Source of the DNA: a virus
Taxonomy: Duplodnaviria > Caudoviricetes
Reading direction: 5' to 3' (one strand)
DNA length: 64,000 nucleotides
IMG/VR virus record: IMGVR_UViG_3300028887_000083
Coordinates: 1 to 64,000 of that record
Shown: piece by piece, positions 1-10,767 of the stretch
How positions within the stretch are numbered: the stretch's first letter is position 1
How the letters are laid out: each line of letters opens with the position of its first letter
Translations under genes and position numbers: made by a program
The notes under the pieces: generated by a model
What the model was told of the DNA's origin: nothing
The model's database searches: none
What the model saw: the letters and a program-made list of their open reading frames with translations, nothing else

Positions 1-2320
1 AATTACGTTCTTTGTCCCTCATTCCGTTATCCAATATAGTTTTGTTTATGTTCCATAATGACGAACTTTGTGAATTGCCTATAATTGGATATTGCGTGTT
101 GTCCCATTGATATAACACATTTATTTTTATATTATACTTTATAAAGAATGGTCTATACCAACTTTCATCACAATTCAACACATATTCGTTTCTCAAACTC
201 TCAAACTCATAAGATTCTTTTGGAAACACAAAAGGAGGAAAACAACATCTACCTGCGATAAATTGATTTTTGTGTGACGGTTCTTTTATAAAAAAATTTT
301 CCTTGACTTTCAATCCCACATATTCAACACTCCTTGAAGAATACACAGTGATACAATTTTGGTGTTTTTTAGATTTATTCACAAGTTCTTCTAAAAATGA
401 TGGTTTATATAAAATATCGTCATCAAGGAGAATATTATATGCGTTATCAAAATACTTAAAACAATCATATCGTTTATGCCCTTTTGTGTTTTGTTTAACC
501 CACATAACATCACTCAATAAATGCTCATCAATACACTTCTGGATGGATTGTGGTAAATTATTTTTGTCATACTCTTCTTCTGACAACCACAACACAATTT
601 TATTTGGTTTCAATGTTTGTTTACGTAAGTTGTTAAGCATTATTGGCAAACACCAATCACGTTGTTTCCATGTGGTAACATTAACAACAACGTTAGCATT
701 TAATATATTTTCTATTGTTTTGTATGCTGTATTTTTTCTTTTTTCAACTGGTTGTTTTGTATAAATATCACTTAATGCACATATATCGTTCTTTTTATTA
801 AAGGTAAACGGAAAAGATGCTTTTGCGAAACATTGTTTATAGTTGTGTTTTTCTATAACATATTGAAAAAACATATCATCTTCTATGACATTTTGAGGAA
901 TGCCCAAATTCAACATCCCAATAAATGTGTCATAATATTTGGGATTGTACAACGTTGCCGCACCACAGTTTGTAACCATTTTACTATGCCTGTATGAATA
1001 TGTTGCAAATGATTTGTCGTTCTCATATAGTTTATATAATTCACCAACATAGTCACGAGTATATATACAATCATCATCTGCACTGATGATTGGAACGTTT
1101 TTATATTTTTCCATTGTTGGAATAATTTTCTTGTAGGATTTTGTGTTACGTATTACCCATAAAAGTTCAAATTTTTCAAATCTTTTTTGAAGTTCCATTG
1201 GTAATTGTTTCTCTTTTGTAGAAAATTCCTCTTCACTTAACACTAAGACTATATGAGTATTTTTGCATTTATCAAAAATGGAATCTATTGTTTCGTGAAC
1301 ATACCTAATTCTTTTTGTCCACGATGTCAATGATACTATTGTTCGTTCTCCATTATATTTTTTGTGTTTATATATTGTAAGTCTATTGTCAAAAATAATC
1401 TTATATTGTGTTGTTTCTGTTTTTATATTCCTTTCGTTTCTACTTTGTGTTCTTACAAAATCATCAAGTTTTTTTCGCTTCTCGGACTTCAACGATGTTT
1501 CTTCTGAAAACTCCAATGAATTTTCCCTTACCCTTCTATTATAGAAAATGTTTTCAAATTTCTTAACATTAACAACATCAGAAATTCTATACAAAAAATC
1601 AAAATCACCACTTATTCTCCAATTTCTATAGCCACCAAATTTATCAAAAATATCATGTTTAATCATATGAGAACCCCACGCTAACCCACAACTATCATCA
1701 CCCTCAAAATTATGATATTGATAACGAACTAAATCTACACCATTTAAATTATTCTTAAATATTTTGTCTAACATATCATTCGGCATAACATCATCAGTAT
1801 CAAATCTTAATAACCAATCATATCTCGCCAATTTCATAATGGTGTTACATGTAACATAAGTTCCCACGTTCTCGTTCATCATATATACCGAGAGATTCTT
1901 GTACTTGTGCATTATCTCCTTAACTTTGGCAAGTGTTTTCTCACAAGCGTCGATACCAAGCAATATCTCCCAATTGTCATGTGTTTTGAACCACGTTTGG
2001 TTTGCGATGCTGTCAAGACACTCTTCTATGTAGTCTTGTGTGTTCCAAGCACTGAGACATATTGACACACCACCGTCGTTTTCCTTTAGAATATTGTTTT
2101 TGTGTCTGTTTGCAACTCTATTTTTTGTACCAGGTGTAATATAGGTGTTGTCATACATCATGGCAACGGCGTTGTTGCTTGTCATGGGTTTCACTGTTTT
2201 ATGTGTTGTTATTTTACGGGTGGTACTCTTTGCTTCATTATTCTGTTTTTTGTCTATGAGGGCATATTGTTCCACTCGTTTCCTTTTGGGTCTTTCCATT
2301 CTGTCTCTTTGTAGTTTCAT
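1..2320 (-). CDS. Multi-domain glycosyltransferase (three tandem GT-A domains), 3' end runs off the window
   Basis: Not in the ORF track because it has no stop in the window. Hand translation from ATG 2320 stayed open wherever checked: GT2 domain (VSICLSAWNTQDYIEECLDSIANQT...LRFDTDD), second domain (IVSLTSW...IISADDD), third domain (VNVTTWKQR...ILLDDDILY). Confidence 0.85.
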   Translation of the reverse strand, partial: MKLQRDRMERPKRKRVEQYALIDKKQNNEAKSTTRKITTHKTVKPMTSNNAVAMMYDNTYITPGTKNRVANRHKNNILKENDGGVSICLSAWNTQDYIEECLDSIANQTWFKTHDNWEILLGIDACEKTLAKVKEIMHKYKNLSVYMMNENVGTYVTCNTIMKLARYDWLLRFDTDDVMPNDMLDKIFKNNLNGVDLVRYQYHNFEGDDSCGLAWGSHMIKHDIFDKFGGYRNWRISGDFDFLYRISDVVNVKKFENIFYNRRVRENSLEFSEETSLKSEKRKKLDDFVRTQSRNERNIKTETTQYKIIFDNRLTIYKHKKYNGERTIVSLTSWTKRIRYVHETIDSIFDKCKNTHIVLVLSEEEFSTKEKQLPMELQKRFEKFELLWVIRNTKSYKKIIPTMEKYKNVPIISADDDCIYTRDYVGELYKLYENDKSFATYSYRHSKMVTNCGAATLYNPKYYDTFIGMLNLGIPQNVIEDDMFFQYVIEKHNYKQCFAKASFPFTFNKKNDICALSDIYTKQPVEKRKNTAYKTIENILNANVVVNVTTWKQRDWCLPIMLNNLRKQTLKPNKIVLWLSEEEYDKNNLPQSIQKCIDEHLLSDVMWVKQNTKGHKRYDCFKYFDNAYNILLDDDILYKPSFLEELVNKSKKHQNCITVYSSRSVEYVGLKVKENFFIKEPSHKNQFIAGRCCFPPFVFPKESYEFESLRNEYVLNCDESWYRPFFIKYNIKINVLYQWDNTQYPIIGNSQSSSLWNINKTILDNGMRDKERN

Positions 2321-2345
2321 ATGTTTGTCATTTTCCTATAATATA

Positions 2346-3272
2346 TCATTTGAAGAGTTTTTTCAACATCTGTTCCTTCTCGGGTGTTCTTTCATTATAT
2401 CGCCAATAGAAATTAATGCTTAAACGGTTCTTGCTTGAACCGTTTCCTCTTCTTTTTCTCTTGATATTCACAAACTCCTCTGTGGATTTGGTTACATAGT
2501 GTGCAATGTAAGCCCAATCATGATTTACAACAGGCAACGTAACGGATGCCGAGTATTGTATTACCTTACCATTATTCAGGGACAATGTCTTTTTTCCCTT
2601 ATTCGGGTCGCTCGTGTAATGCACGTTGGTTATCTTTAAACCCTTGATACCTGTTCTGACAAAGGACTTGTAGTATTTGTTCACATCGTTGTTCTTGCAC
2701 GGAACGGTGAAGCGTTCCCTGACAGGTTTGCCCTCATACTCCAAATGTCCGCCGTCACTGTAGCAAAGCCAATTTATTCTTATAATGTTGATATTGTCGA
2801 ACACGGATAATGAAAGGTATTCCTTGACAGTCTTTGCGTTTTTAAGAACAAGGAACTCGTCGACATCCAAAAACATAATCCATTTGTATAAATTACTGTT
2901 TTTGTTGTAACAGTCTTGATATGCGGATACTTGTATTTGACAGGATGTCTGTTTTTTTCCACGATAGTCTATGACAGTCACCTTTTTATTCTGAACATAG
3001 TCCGTGATGGGTGTCTCGCATTTCTCACCTTCGGGGTCATTGTTGTCATATATGTAGATATGGTCAAAACCGAGGTTGAGATGATATTCAACCCACTCCC
3101 TAAGATACAGGTTTTCCATTTTTGCCATGCAACACAATGCAACCTTATCAACAGGTGTGCCATTCGAAACTACGGGAGGTGATATTGTTACCTTGTTCTG
3201 TGATGAAACCACAGGTTTCTTGGCAACATTCCGCCTTATCATCTGTTTCTCATGGTTGCGGTGAATGTACAT
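2346..3272 (-). CDS. Glycosyltransferase (GT2/GT92-like)
   Basis: LCCMAKMENLYLREWVEYHLNLGFDHIYIYDNN and WIMFLDVDEFL (DxD) motifs. Confidence 0.85.
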   Translation of the reverse strand: MYIHRNHEKQMIRRNVAKKPVVSSQNKVTISPPVVSNGTPVDKVALCCMAKMENLYLREWVEYHLNLGFDHIYIYDNNDPEGEKCETPITDYVQNKKVTVIDYRGKKQTSCQIQVSAYQDCYNKNSNLYKWIMFLDVDEFLVLKNAKTVKEYLSLSVFDNINIIRINWLCYSDGGHLEYEGKPVRERFTVPCKNNDVNKYYKSFVRTGIKGLKITNVHYTSDPNKGKKTLSLNNGKVIQYSASVTLPVVNHDWAYIAHYVTKSTEEFVNIKRKRRGNGSSKNRLSINFYWRYNERTPEKEQMLKKLFK

Positions 3273-3278
3273 GATAAA

Positions 3279-4415
3279 TTATTCCTTTCCTATCTCATTA
3301 TCTAAAATAAAAGCGTTGAACTCATCCCACGGTGTGTATTCATCTATATCCTCATCGTCATGGACTCCAAATTTGGAAACATAGCCCTCAAACGGCTCAC
3401 CTACCAACTCAACATATTTTGGATTGTTGATAACTACATAAGACATTCCATTGCCACGTATCGGTGAAGCGGCATCAAAGTCAATATAAGGCGAGAGAAG
3501 GTTATGGTTTATGTCAATGAAGTTATATTTACCGTTTTTCTTTACCATAATAAAGTCATTAATGCGTTTGTTAAGCGCTGAATCAGTCTTGCCTGTATCT
3601 TGAAATTTATCAATATCTTTTCCATAAAAAGTACGACCATCGACATCGTTGAAAATAGTGTCCACTGTATCCTGAGTAAACACATCGTTTTTCCAAGTCT
3701 TGCCGCCATCAGTTGAATATGCAATAGGGAGTATATTCTTAAAGTCACGCACAACCGAGACGTGTCCGTCATGACCGCCATAAAATATAAATCCTGCAAC
3801 ACCATGTTTAATCAACTCATTGTCACCTATACGTGTCCATACCCTTAAGACGTTTTCACTTGTTCTACCTTCGATACGAGTTAAACCATCCCATAAACCC
3901 GAACGTTTGAATTTTTCACATTCCTCTTTTCCGAAAAACATGTAAAGTTGACTTTCAATTCGCCAATTCTCACCATGTACTTTCTGTGCAATCTCTTTGT
4001 TATATATCAAGAAGTTTTTGAATTTACTGAGTACAATCATCTTGATGAAAGTATCACCATATATTCCTTTCTTGACATTATCATTAGATGAAGAAAGACG
4101 ATAAGTTGAATAGACGCCCGGTCCATACATGTTGCCCGCCTTTGCGCCTGTAAAAGCCCTGTCAAAACCGTTCTTGAATATGGAAGGAACGTTTCTGCGG
4201 TCGGTTATCTGATATATAACAGGAAACCCACAAACATATTCTTCCTGAGTCTTGCTGTCAAACCTGCTATTATTCTTATCTTTAAAGTCATCAACCGTCA
4301 ATTCCTTTTCACCCTCTTTCTGTTGATACAGTTCATCGACTTCCTCATTAAGAGTGTAAGAACCACCTTTTGCGGGATTATAGTTATTTATGAAAATTAA
4401 TTTATCTAAATTCAT
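3279..4415 (-). CDS. PARP/ART-fold ADP-ribosyltransferase-like protein
   Basis: YQIT...SIFKNGF...GNMYGPGVYS resembles the PARP-type NAD-binding signature (HGT...I...GF...G.MYG.GVY), with Gln at the His position; C-terminal WG-repeat-like KKNGKYNFID. Confidence 0.6.
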   Translation of the reverse strand: MNLDKLIFINNYNPAKGGSYTLNEEVDELYQQKEGEKELTVDDFKDKNNSRFDSKTQEEYVCGFPVIYQITDRRNVPSIFKNGFDRAFTGAKAGNMYGPGVYSTYRLSSSNDNVKKGIYGDTFIKMIVLSKFKNFLIYNKEIAQKVHGENWRIESQLYMFFGKEECEKFKRSGLWDGLTRIEGRTSENVLRVWTRIGDNELIKHGVAGFIFYGGHDGHVSVVRDFKNILPIAYSTDGGKTWKNDVFTQDTVDTIFNDVDGRTFYGKDIDKFQDTGKTDSALNKRINDFIMVKKNGKYNFIDINHNLLSPYIDFDAASPIRGNGMSYVVINNPKYVELVGEPFEGYVSKFGVHDDEDIDEYTPWDEFNAFILDNEIGKE

Positions 4416-4424
4416 TTCGAACTA

Positions 4425-6107
4425 TTAGTTTTTAAAAGCATTATTCATCCTCTGCACCATCTCATAAAACTTCTCCTTATTGTCTTGTATAGTTTCTTCG
4501 TCACTTGGTTTATTGTCATCAACCACTTTCAAATCAAGCATATTGGCAAGTTTATCAGGAGTCATTAACATATGTTCAAACATTTCTTTTTTCACTTCAT
4601 TCAATCCCATTGTGTTGTTGTCTGTCATTTCTTTATTGGGTTGTTTTATTTCAGCGTTCTTTATGAGTTTTACAAGTTCCCTCTGAACACCTTCTCTCTC
4701 CTTGGAAAACATTTCCAACAGTTTGTTGATAATGTTACTGTCATGTATCAATGTTTCTTTGTTAACAACACCACCCTTCAAGGCAGTTATACTCTGACTG
4801 TCCCACACACCGCACATATACAATACCACACCACAGATACGGGTCACTGAAGCAGCCCTGTGTGTATCTCTTGCAATTTTGTATTCACTTTCAAGAAGTT
4901 TGTCAACATACTCACGAAGAAGACGTGGAAACAGAGTAAAGAAGTCGGGGTTGTTTTTTGCTTTTGCCATGCCCCTATATTTGGTGACTATGTCGTTCAT
5001 ACCCATCTCTTCCAAACGTGTCACCAATACCTTGAAATACAACTCGGCATTGTTGTCAAGCATCTTTTTCAAGGTATTATATAATTTCTCATTCTCGGGC
5101 GGCACACTTGTCTGTGAAAGATATTCCCTTGTCAAGTCGTTAGGTTCACCTGTCAGGTTATTTTTCATACCATAACGGGTAATCCTCCAATCGTCATTAG
5201 GGTCTATCGGGTCAACCTCACTACTGTCATATCCAACTGCAGGTCCACCAACCCCATAACGGTTAGATGCTTGTAATTTCATGGCGTACATAGCCTGTCC
5301 TTGGTATTTGGCATCATTCTTATTAAAATCAATACCGTGAGTGTCTGCAAATTTTTGTGCATCATCCGCACCAACTTTGTTCATGTCACTCCAATCGGCA
5401 TAGTAAGTGATTTTCTGAGCATCAGGTCTAACTTTACAGTTGAAGAACTTTTCCCAATTGTTTGCGGTTGTTACAAATGAAGCATTAGGTTTCTGTGAAA
5501 GTATAAGTTTAGCGTTTCTTAACGATAATTGATGTCCGTGAACATATTCAAACAGTTTACCGAATATCTGTATATATTTTTCAGCAACCTTGTCAAGTTC
5601 ACCTGAAGCAAGTGACTGTAACATTCCTGTCCACTTCTCATTTGCATTCTTTTCGGTTTCTATAAAATCCTCTTTTGAAACAGTATTTTTCAATAGTTCC
5701 TCTTGATTTGGTACTTGATATCCCATTTCCTTAAAAAAATCAAAAACAGCATTAACTACTTTTGACCCTTGGTTTTTAGTGTCAAGTTTATTAATTTTAA
5801 GTGCAAAAGTAACATTATCACCATTTTCTTGCACATTGCACATATACTTACTTAAACTATTTCCAAATTTTTCGGATAATTGTTCAAATTCATCGGGCGT
5901 TACCTTAAAATTAAAAAATAGAATAGGGCGTAATTGGTTAATACCATTATTTGGGTCATTGGGGTCAACCCCTTTACGATAACCAAAATTTGTCATTTTT
6001 TTCCAAGATTGTTGTACATTTACGTCAAGCATCTTGGGTTGCTGCGGTATCTGTTCACCTTCCTTGAGGTAATTGCTTATGTCTTCAAAAAAGAGATAGT
6101 CGTTCAT
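4425..6107 (-). CDS. Protein with ArdC-like ssDNA-binding domain
   Basis: HQLSLRNAKLILSQKPNASFVTTANNWEKFFNCKVRPDAQKI matches the ArdC-N pattern (YS..N..LI..Q.P.A..V.....W......V). Confidence 0.6.
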   Translation of the reverse strand: MNDYLFFEDISNYLKEGEQIPQQPKMLDVNVQQSWKKMTNFGYRKGVDPNDPNNGINQLRPILFFNFKVTPDEFEQLSEKFGNSLSKYMCNVQENGDNVTFALKINKLDTKNQGSKVVNAVFDFFKEMGYQVPNQEELLKNTVSKEDFIETEKNANEKWTGMLQSLASGELDKVAEKYIQIFGKLFEYVHGHQLSLRNAKLILSQKPNASFVTTANNWEKFFNCKVRPDAQKITYYADWSDMNKVGADDAQKFADTHGIDFNKNDAKYQGQAMYAMKLQASNRYGVGGPAVGYDSSEVDPIDPNDDWRITRYGMKNNLTGEPNDLTREYLSQTSVPPENEKLYNTLKKMLDNNAELYFKVLVTRLEEMGMNDIVTKYRGMAKAKNNPDFFTLFPRLLREYVDKLLESEYKIARDTHRAASVTRICGVVLYMCGVWDSQSITALKGGVVNKETLIHDSNIINKLLEMFSKEREGVQRELVKLIKNAEIKQPNKEMTDNNTMGLNEVKKEMFEHMLMTPDKLANMLDLKVVDDNKPSDEETIQDNKEKFYEMVQRMNNAFKN

Positions 6108-6147
6108 ATTTACCTTTTTTATATATAATTTCTTTTTAAGATAAATA

Positions 6148-6576
6148 TCACAACTCTGTCAAAATTAAATCCCTCTTGGCTAACTCACCTTTAATTTCAT
6201 CTATCTCCTGCCCGTAGTAGAAAATAAGTCTTAATGACGGATATTCCTCGTAATAGTCTATGTTCTCATAGGCTATAGCCAAACACCCGTCACAAACATC
6301 CTGATAGGAACAGCAACATGAATCCTGTCCCAATGTGAACAGGATATTTGTCTTTAATTCAAAGACTTTCTCATAGTCACCTTCATTCGGCTGCAAAAAT
6401 CTGCAGTTGCAGGCGGGTTTCTCACCCCATTCCTCCATCCATACGTCATCTATATTGGTTGTGCAAAGGAAATGGTATATATTGTTTCCTTCAGAATCGA
6501 CACCAACAGGAATAATATATATGATTTTCAGTTTTTCCTCCTCAACATTAAAATCTATATCATCTATCATCACCAA
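6148..6576 (-). CDS. Hypothetical phage protein
   Basis: 142 aa ORF in the minus-strand gene run. Confidence 0.7.
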   Translation of the reverse strand: MVMIDDIDFNVEEEKLKIIYIIPVGVDSEGNNIYHFLCTTNIDDVWMEEWGEKPACNCRFLQPNEGDYEKVFELKTNILFTLGQDSCCCSYQDVCDGCLAIAYENIDYYEEYPSLRLIFYYGQEIDEIKGELAKRDLILTEL

Positions 6577-6967
6577 TAATGTTACTTGTTATTATTGTTT
6601 CACCGACAGTCTCCAAATACTCACTGTTAGTCATGGTGTCGGTTTCAACACATTCATTTTTCTCAATATTTTCAGACTTTTTGTCTTCTTTTTTACATTC
6701 ATCTTCCGATTCAAAATCCTTTGTAAAGTAGTCAGGATATATATCGAAAGAAAACGTGGGACAACTTAAATCCATGTGTGAGATAAAGCCGCCAAGCGGA
6801 CTGTAGTTGTTGTTTTCAGACATCGTAGCCTTGCAGTTATGGAGTTTTGTGTTATTGTATCCATCCTTAAATACAAGGTCAAATCCCTCCTGAGGGTTAA
6901 GTGTCACCTGTTCACCGTTGCGGCTTATTATGGTGACTAAAAAACGGTCATTTTCTACTCTTGCCAT
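6560..6967 (-). CDS. Hypothetical phage protein
   Basis: 135 aa ORF tightly coupled to the helicase stop. Confidence 0.65.
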   Translation of the reverse strand: MARVENDRFLVTIISRNGEQVTLNPQEGFDLVFKDGYNNTKLHNCKATMSENNNYSPLGGFISHMDLSCPTFSFDIYPDYFTKDFESEDECKKEDKKSENIEKNECVETDTMTNSEYLETVGETIITSNIIGDDR

Positions 6968-6968
6968 A

Positions 6969-8924
6969 TTATTTTCCTTTCTCTGTTTCTGATTTTATTG
7001 TTTCTTTCATCAACATTTCCTTATACACCACCTTGTTGAACATTTCCTCCGACACGCTGTTGTTGAAAAGCATATATATGCAGGTTACATCCTTTGTCTG
7101 TGTTAATCTATGGACACGTGACTCCGCCTGCAGGTTGGATGCTGCTACCCAATCATAATTATTGAAAATAACCTTACATGCTGCAGGGAGACTTAAACCC
7201 ACGCCCGACGCTTGGATTTGGCCTATAAACACTTTTATCTTTTTGTCATTATTGAAGGCATCCTGTGCAGCATCCTTTTGCTTGGTTGACATGCCGCCCT
7301 TGTATATCACAGCCTTCTCGCCGTAATATTCCTTTAACATTCTCAACTCCTCAGTGAACACTGTCATTATAACAACCTTCTCCCCATCCTCGATGAACTC
7401 GTTCGCAGTTTCAATGGTATGTTTTACCATCTGTCTGCCGAAGAATTGTCTTATAAGACTACCTTCGACAAGTTTTCTGTGCTTGTCAATGTCGTTTTCC
7501 TCATAGTCATTCCAATAATTGTCATATGTGTTGTCAATGGACACATTCTGTCCTTCCTGAGCCTTGACATAGTCACTCCATAACCTGTTGTACTGTTTCA
7601 TTTCATCCTCATCAAGGTCAAAATACCTGCGTTCTACGGTCTTGTCAACCATTACACCAACATCTGTAGTAAGTCTGCGTATATAACAGTCCTTAATCTT
7701 TTCCCTCAACTCGTCAAGATTCTGTATTTCACCGAATGTATAGTATGTACCCCCGTCACGCTTGTTATGCTTTACAGCACCACAATACTGCTTGATGTAG
7801 TATTGATAGTCATTTGTCACATCAGCGTTGATTAGTTTCAGAATATGATACAAGTTCATCGGTGTATTGGTGAGAGGCGTACCCGTCAGGAGAAAAATAT
7901 ATCTCGGGTTGGATTTTTTGAGGAAGTCATAGATAGTCTTGTACCGTATCGATGTGTTGTTTGACAGTTTTTGTGCTTCGTCTATGATGACACAGTCAAA
8001 ATCATGCAGAAAAAGTGGTGAATTTTCAAGACATTTCTTTATATCCTCCTTCTTGGTACTTTTCTTCATCTTCTGCACAAGTTTACCTGCACTGTTCTTA
8101 ACCATCACAGGTCTCTGATACACTTCCACGACACGACCCTCACTGTCCTTTATCTCCACATCTTCAAAAACAGGTTCCTCCGCCACCTCGTAGAACTTCT
8201 GAACTATCTCATAGTTGATAATGGTAAATCTGCTTGGTGTGTCTTTCCACTTGGAACCGTTTATTATCTCAACATCCTCGGGATTGCAATATCTTAAACA
8301 TTCCTTTTTCCAATTTGTCTTAAGTGATGCGGGGCAGATGATAAGAACATGTTCAGATTTAGTTTCCAATGCAGCAACTACAGATGTGAGAGATTTGCCG
8401 AGGCCCATCTCATCTGCACAAATGCACTTCTTGTTGGTAAATAAAAACCTTATTCCGTCTTTTTGGTGTTCTCTTAAAGTAAACGGATTGTCTAACTTGG
8501 ATGTATGGTTGTCGTATTTTGAAAAGTCAATCTCGGTAGATTTCCAATCAACGTCAAACAACCTGTCCAAGATTCCCTTCTTCTGAATATAGACAAGTTT
8601 GGCAGGTTCCGACTGTCTGTACATGACATAACAATGATAGGACTCACCCATCTCACCGATAATTTTCATTATCTTTATTTTTTCTGGAATAAACGCATAC
8701 TTGTTCTTCTCATACAGTTTTTGACCCAATTCCCTCGAAATCTTCACAACTTTGTTTACTTCAACAGGCTCGTAGTCGAAATTCTTACATATATATTCCA
8801 CCTCAAAGTCACCCAATACCTTGCCACCTCTCTTGTATTGGACGGAGAGCATAGACACGAAAGGATTTTTCCCTTGATAGTCTTCAAGTATTGAATACGC
8901 TTTCTTTATCTTTCTTGGTCCCAT
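6969..8924 (-). CDS. SNF2/DEAD-like helicase
   Basis: ADEMGLGKS (Walker A), IIDEAQ (Walker B), LTGTP, QAESRVHRLTQ (motif VI). Confidence 0.95.
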   Translation of the reverse strand: MGPRKIKKAYSILEDYQGKNPFVSMLSVQYKRGGKVLGDFEVEYICKNFDYEPVEVNKVVKISRELGQKLYEKNKYAFIPEKIKIMKIIGEMGESYHCYVMYRQSEPAKLVYIQKKGILDRLFDVDWKSTEIDFSKYDNHTSKLDNPFTLREHQKDGIRFLFTNKKCICADEMGLGKSLTSVVAALETKSEHVLIICPASLKTNWKKECLRYCNPEDVEIINGSKWKDTPSRFTIINYEIVQKFYEVAEEPVFEDVEIKDSEGRVVEVYQRPVMVKNSAGKLVQKMKKSTKKEDIKKCLENSPLFLHDFDCVIIDEAQKLSNNTSIRYKTIYDFLKKSNPRYIFLLTGTPLTNTPMNLYHILKLINADVTNDYQYYIKQYCGAVKHNKRDGGTYYTFGEIQNLDELREKIKDCYIRRLTTDVGVMVDKTVERRYFDLDEDEMKQYNRLWSDYVKAQEGQNVSIDNTYDNYWNDYEENDIDKHRKLVEGSLIRQFFGRQMVKHTIETANEFIEDGEKVVIMTVFTEELRMLKEYYGEKAVIYKGGMSTKQKDAAQDAFNNDKKIKVFIGQIQASGVGLSLPAACKVIFNNYDWVAASNLQAESRVHRLTQTKDVTCIYMLFNNSVSEEMFNKVVYKEMLMKETIKSETEKGK

Positions 8925-8987
8925 GGTATAAACATACTATTTTTTTAAGATATATTTATATTATAAACAAATATAATAAAATTAGGC

Positions 8988-9503
8988 ATGGCAAACAACA
9001 CCTTAACACCTGTCAATCGAAGCAATCTGTTCTACTCCGAGGAAGACTTTCAGTTTGAGACGGACTTGATGATTGATTATATGGAAGAGGATATTAACCA
9101 AACCGTGGTGCTTTACAGGGTTGACAGAACAAGGACAAATATAAACGTCATAAGTCAAAGTTCTATCGACGGTATTATCTTTGAGACACCTGTGGAACTT
9201 CCATGTATGTACAAGATTGAGGAGTCACAGTTGAAATCCTATGACAAGAAAACAAGCAATGGCGTGTATGCCATAAACGGCAACCTGACCGTTTGGATGA
9301 TGCCGAAGGTTCTCGAGAAATACGAGACCGACATTATGAGGGGTGACTATATCGGTGTTCAGATTGAAACTAACAGAATGGCTTACTTCGTTGTGACCGA
9401 CGACGGAAAGGTTAACACCGCCAATGAATACAATATAGGCGCTTACAAAACGGGATGGAGGGTTATAAAGTGCTCTCCACAGGCTGAATTTAAAGGAGAA
9501 TAA
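8988..9503 (+). CDS. Probable neck/head-completion protein
   Basis: Size and position before the tail genes, VVLYRVD...FETPVEL pattern, preceded by the ATATTTATA motif. Confidence 0.5.
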   Translation: MANNTLTPVNRSNLFYSEEDFQFETDLMIDYMEEDINQTVVLYRVDRTRTNINVISQSSIDGIIFETPVELPCMYKIEESQLKSYDKKTSNGVYAINGNLTVWMMPKVLEKYETDIMRGDYIGVQIETNRMAYFVVTDDGKVNTANEYNIGAYKTGWRVIKCSPQAEFKGE

Positions 9504-9506
9504 TTT

Positions 9507-10619
9507 ATGGGACAGAATCCAAAACATACAAGGACAAATTTAAGACTGAAGCATGAAGCGTGGGGACACGGTCAGGTTATGGATAACTATATGGATTCGC
9601 TTGACCATGCGGATGGTTTTCCTAAACCTGTGGAATATGAGGATATAGACAGGGCTGTCCTTGAATTTGTAAGGGATAAGATTGTCATACCCACAGGTGA
9701 CAAGTTTGCCCCTACATTCACCTTGTTCAGTAACCAACGTTTCTCTGAATATTCACAGACATGGGAACATGTCGATGAGGAAGGAAACCTTCTAATGGAT
9801 TTCAAGACAGTGAACAGGGAACTTAACCCAAAATGGGGAAACAGTCAGGGTGGCAACTATAACATACCGGGTGACAGAAGATATACCGTCTTAATGAAAG
9901 AAGTGCTTGACGATAACGGAACAGAAAGTTATGAGGTACATTCAATGGCGCAACCATTATCGGTTGACATAAACTACACTGTCAATTTTGTGACGGCGGA
10001 TTGGGACCAAATCAATGTTTTCAATGAAGCAATAGTTAATCTGTTCAGGAGTTTGCAACACTATATCTGTCCAAATGGGCATTATATGCCATTGAAGATT
10101 GACCAAATAAACGATGAGACTGAATATGCGATAGATAACCGTAAAATATATATTCAGTCCGTTTCCCTGCTTCTCTATGCCTATGTGATACCGAAAGCGT
10201 CATATAAGATTGAGAAATTCCCGAAAAGAACCTTCATCGGTACGGCTTATGACAAAAACTATCTCAAGCCGCACGTTGACGTTGAGGATATTGACGACAG
10301 CAAAAGTACGTTGGTCATAGACTTCAGGGCTAATGTTGACAAGAGCGAGTTCATGTTTGACGATGACATGAAAATAGACTATGTGGAGACAGATAATGTA
10401 AGGGATTTCAAAATTTACATCAACGAAAAGAAATTACCGTATATTAAAAATGATATATCGGACAGTGAAGATGTAATGAAGAAAAAATACAACTTCAAGA
10501 TAACATTGGACGGAGAACCTGTCACCGTATGGCTAAACAACGAGGATGAGGTTCGCATACTCATAACCCACTTTGAATCACCGATGCCTTCAAAGATGAT
10601 TTTTCACCTCAACAGATAA
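9507..10619 (+). CDS. Probable tail completion/terminator (gp15-like) protein
   Basis: PKPVEYEDIDRAV...QPLSVDINYTV pattern; lies just upstream of the sheath gene. Confidence 0.5.
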   Translation: MGQNPKHTRTNLRLKHEAWGHGQVMDNYMDSLDHADGFPKPVEYEDIDRAVLEFVRDKIVIPTGDKFAPTFTLFSNQRFSEYSQTWEHVDEEGNLLMDFKTVNRELNPKWGNSQGGNYNIPGDRRYTVLMKEVLDDNGTESYEVHSMAQPLSVDINYTVNFVTADWDQINVFNEAIVNLFRSLQHYICPNGHYMPLKIDQINDETEYAIDNRKIYIQSVSLLLYAYVIPKASYKIEKFPKRTFIGTAYDKNYLKPHVDVEDIDDSKSTLVIDFRANVDKSEFMFDDDMKIDYVETDNVRDFKIYINEKKLPYIKNDISDSEDVMKKKYNFKITLDGEPVTVWLNNEDEVRILITHFESPMPSKMIFHLNR

Positions 10620-10760
10620 CTAGTTATCTAGAAGTGATATATTATCTATATATTAATAACTCTATAATAATAAAAATAAAATAATATCTTAAGGAATATT
10701 ATTTTATTTTTTATAAATTAGTTATTAATAACTAGTATGTCTAGCGTGACTAGTTATATG
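10615..10760. repeat. AT-rich palindrome cluster (origin-like or bidirectional terminator)
   Basis: Perfect palindromes GATAACTAGTTATC (10615-10628) and TAGTTATTAATAACTA (10719-10734), a 16-bp inverted repeat (10672-10687/10696-10711), five CTAG. Confidence 0.75.
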
Positions 10761-10767
10761 AAAAAAA

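Noticed and set aside
270-2423. Plus-strand ORFs 270..764, 1362..1544, 2102..2314, 2145..2423
   Set aside because: Antisense shadows of the minus-strand glycosyltransferase
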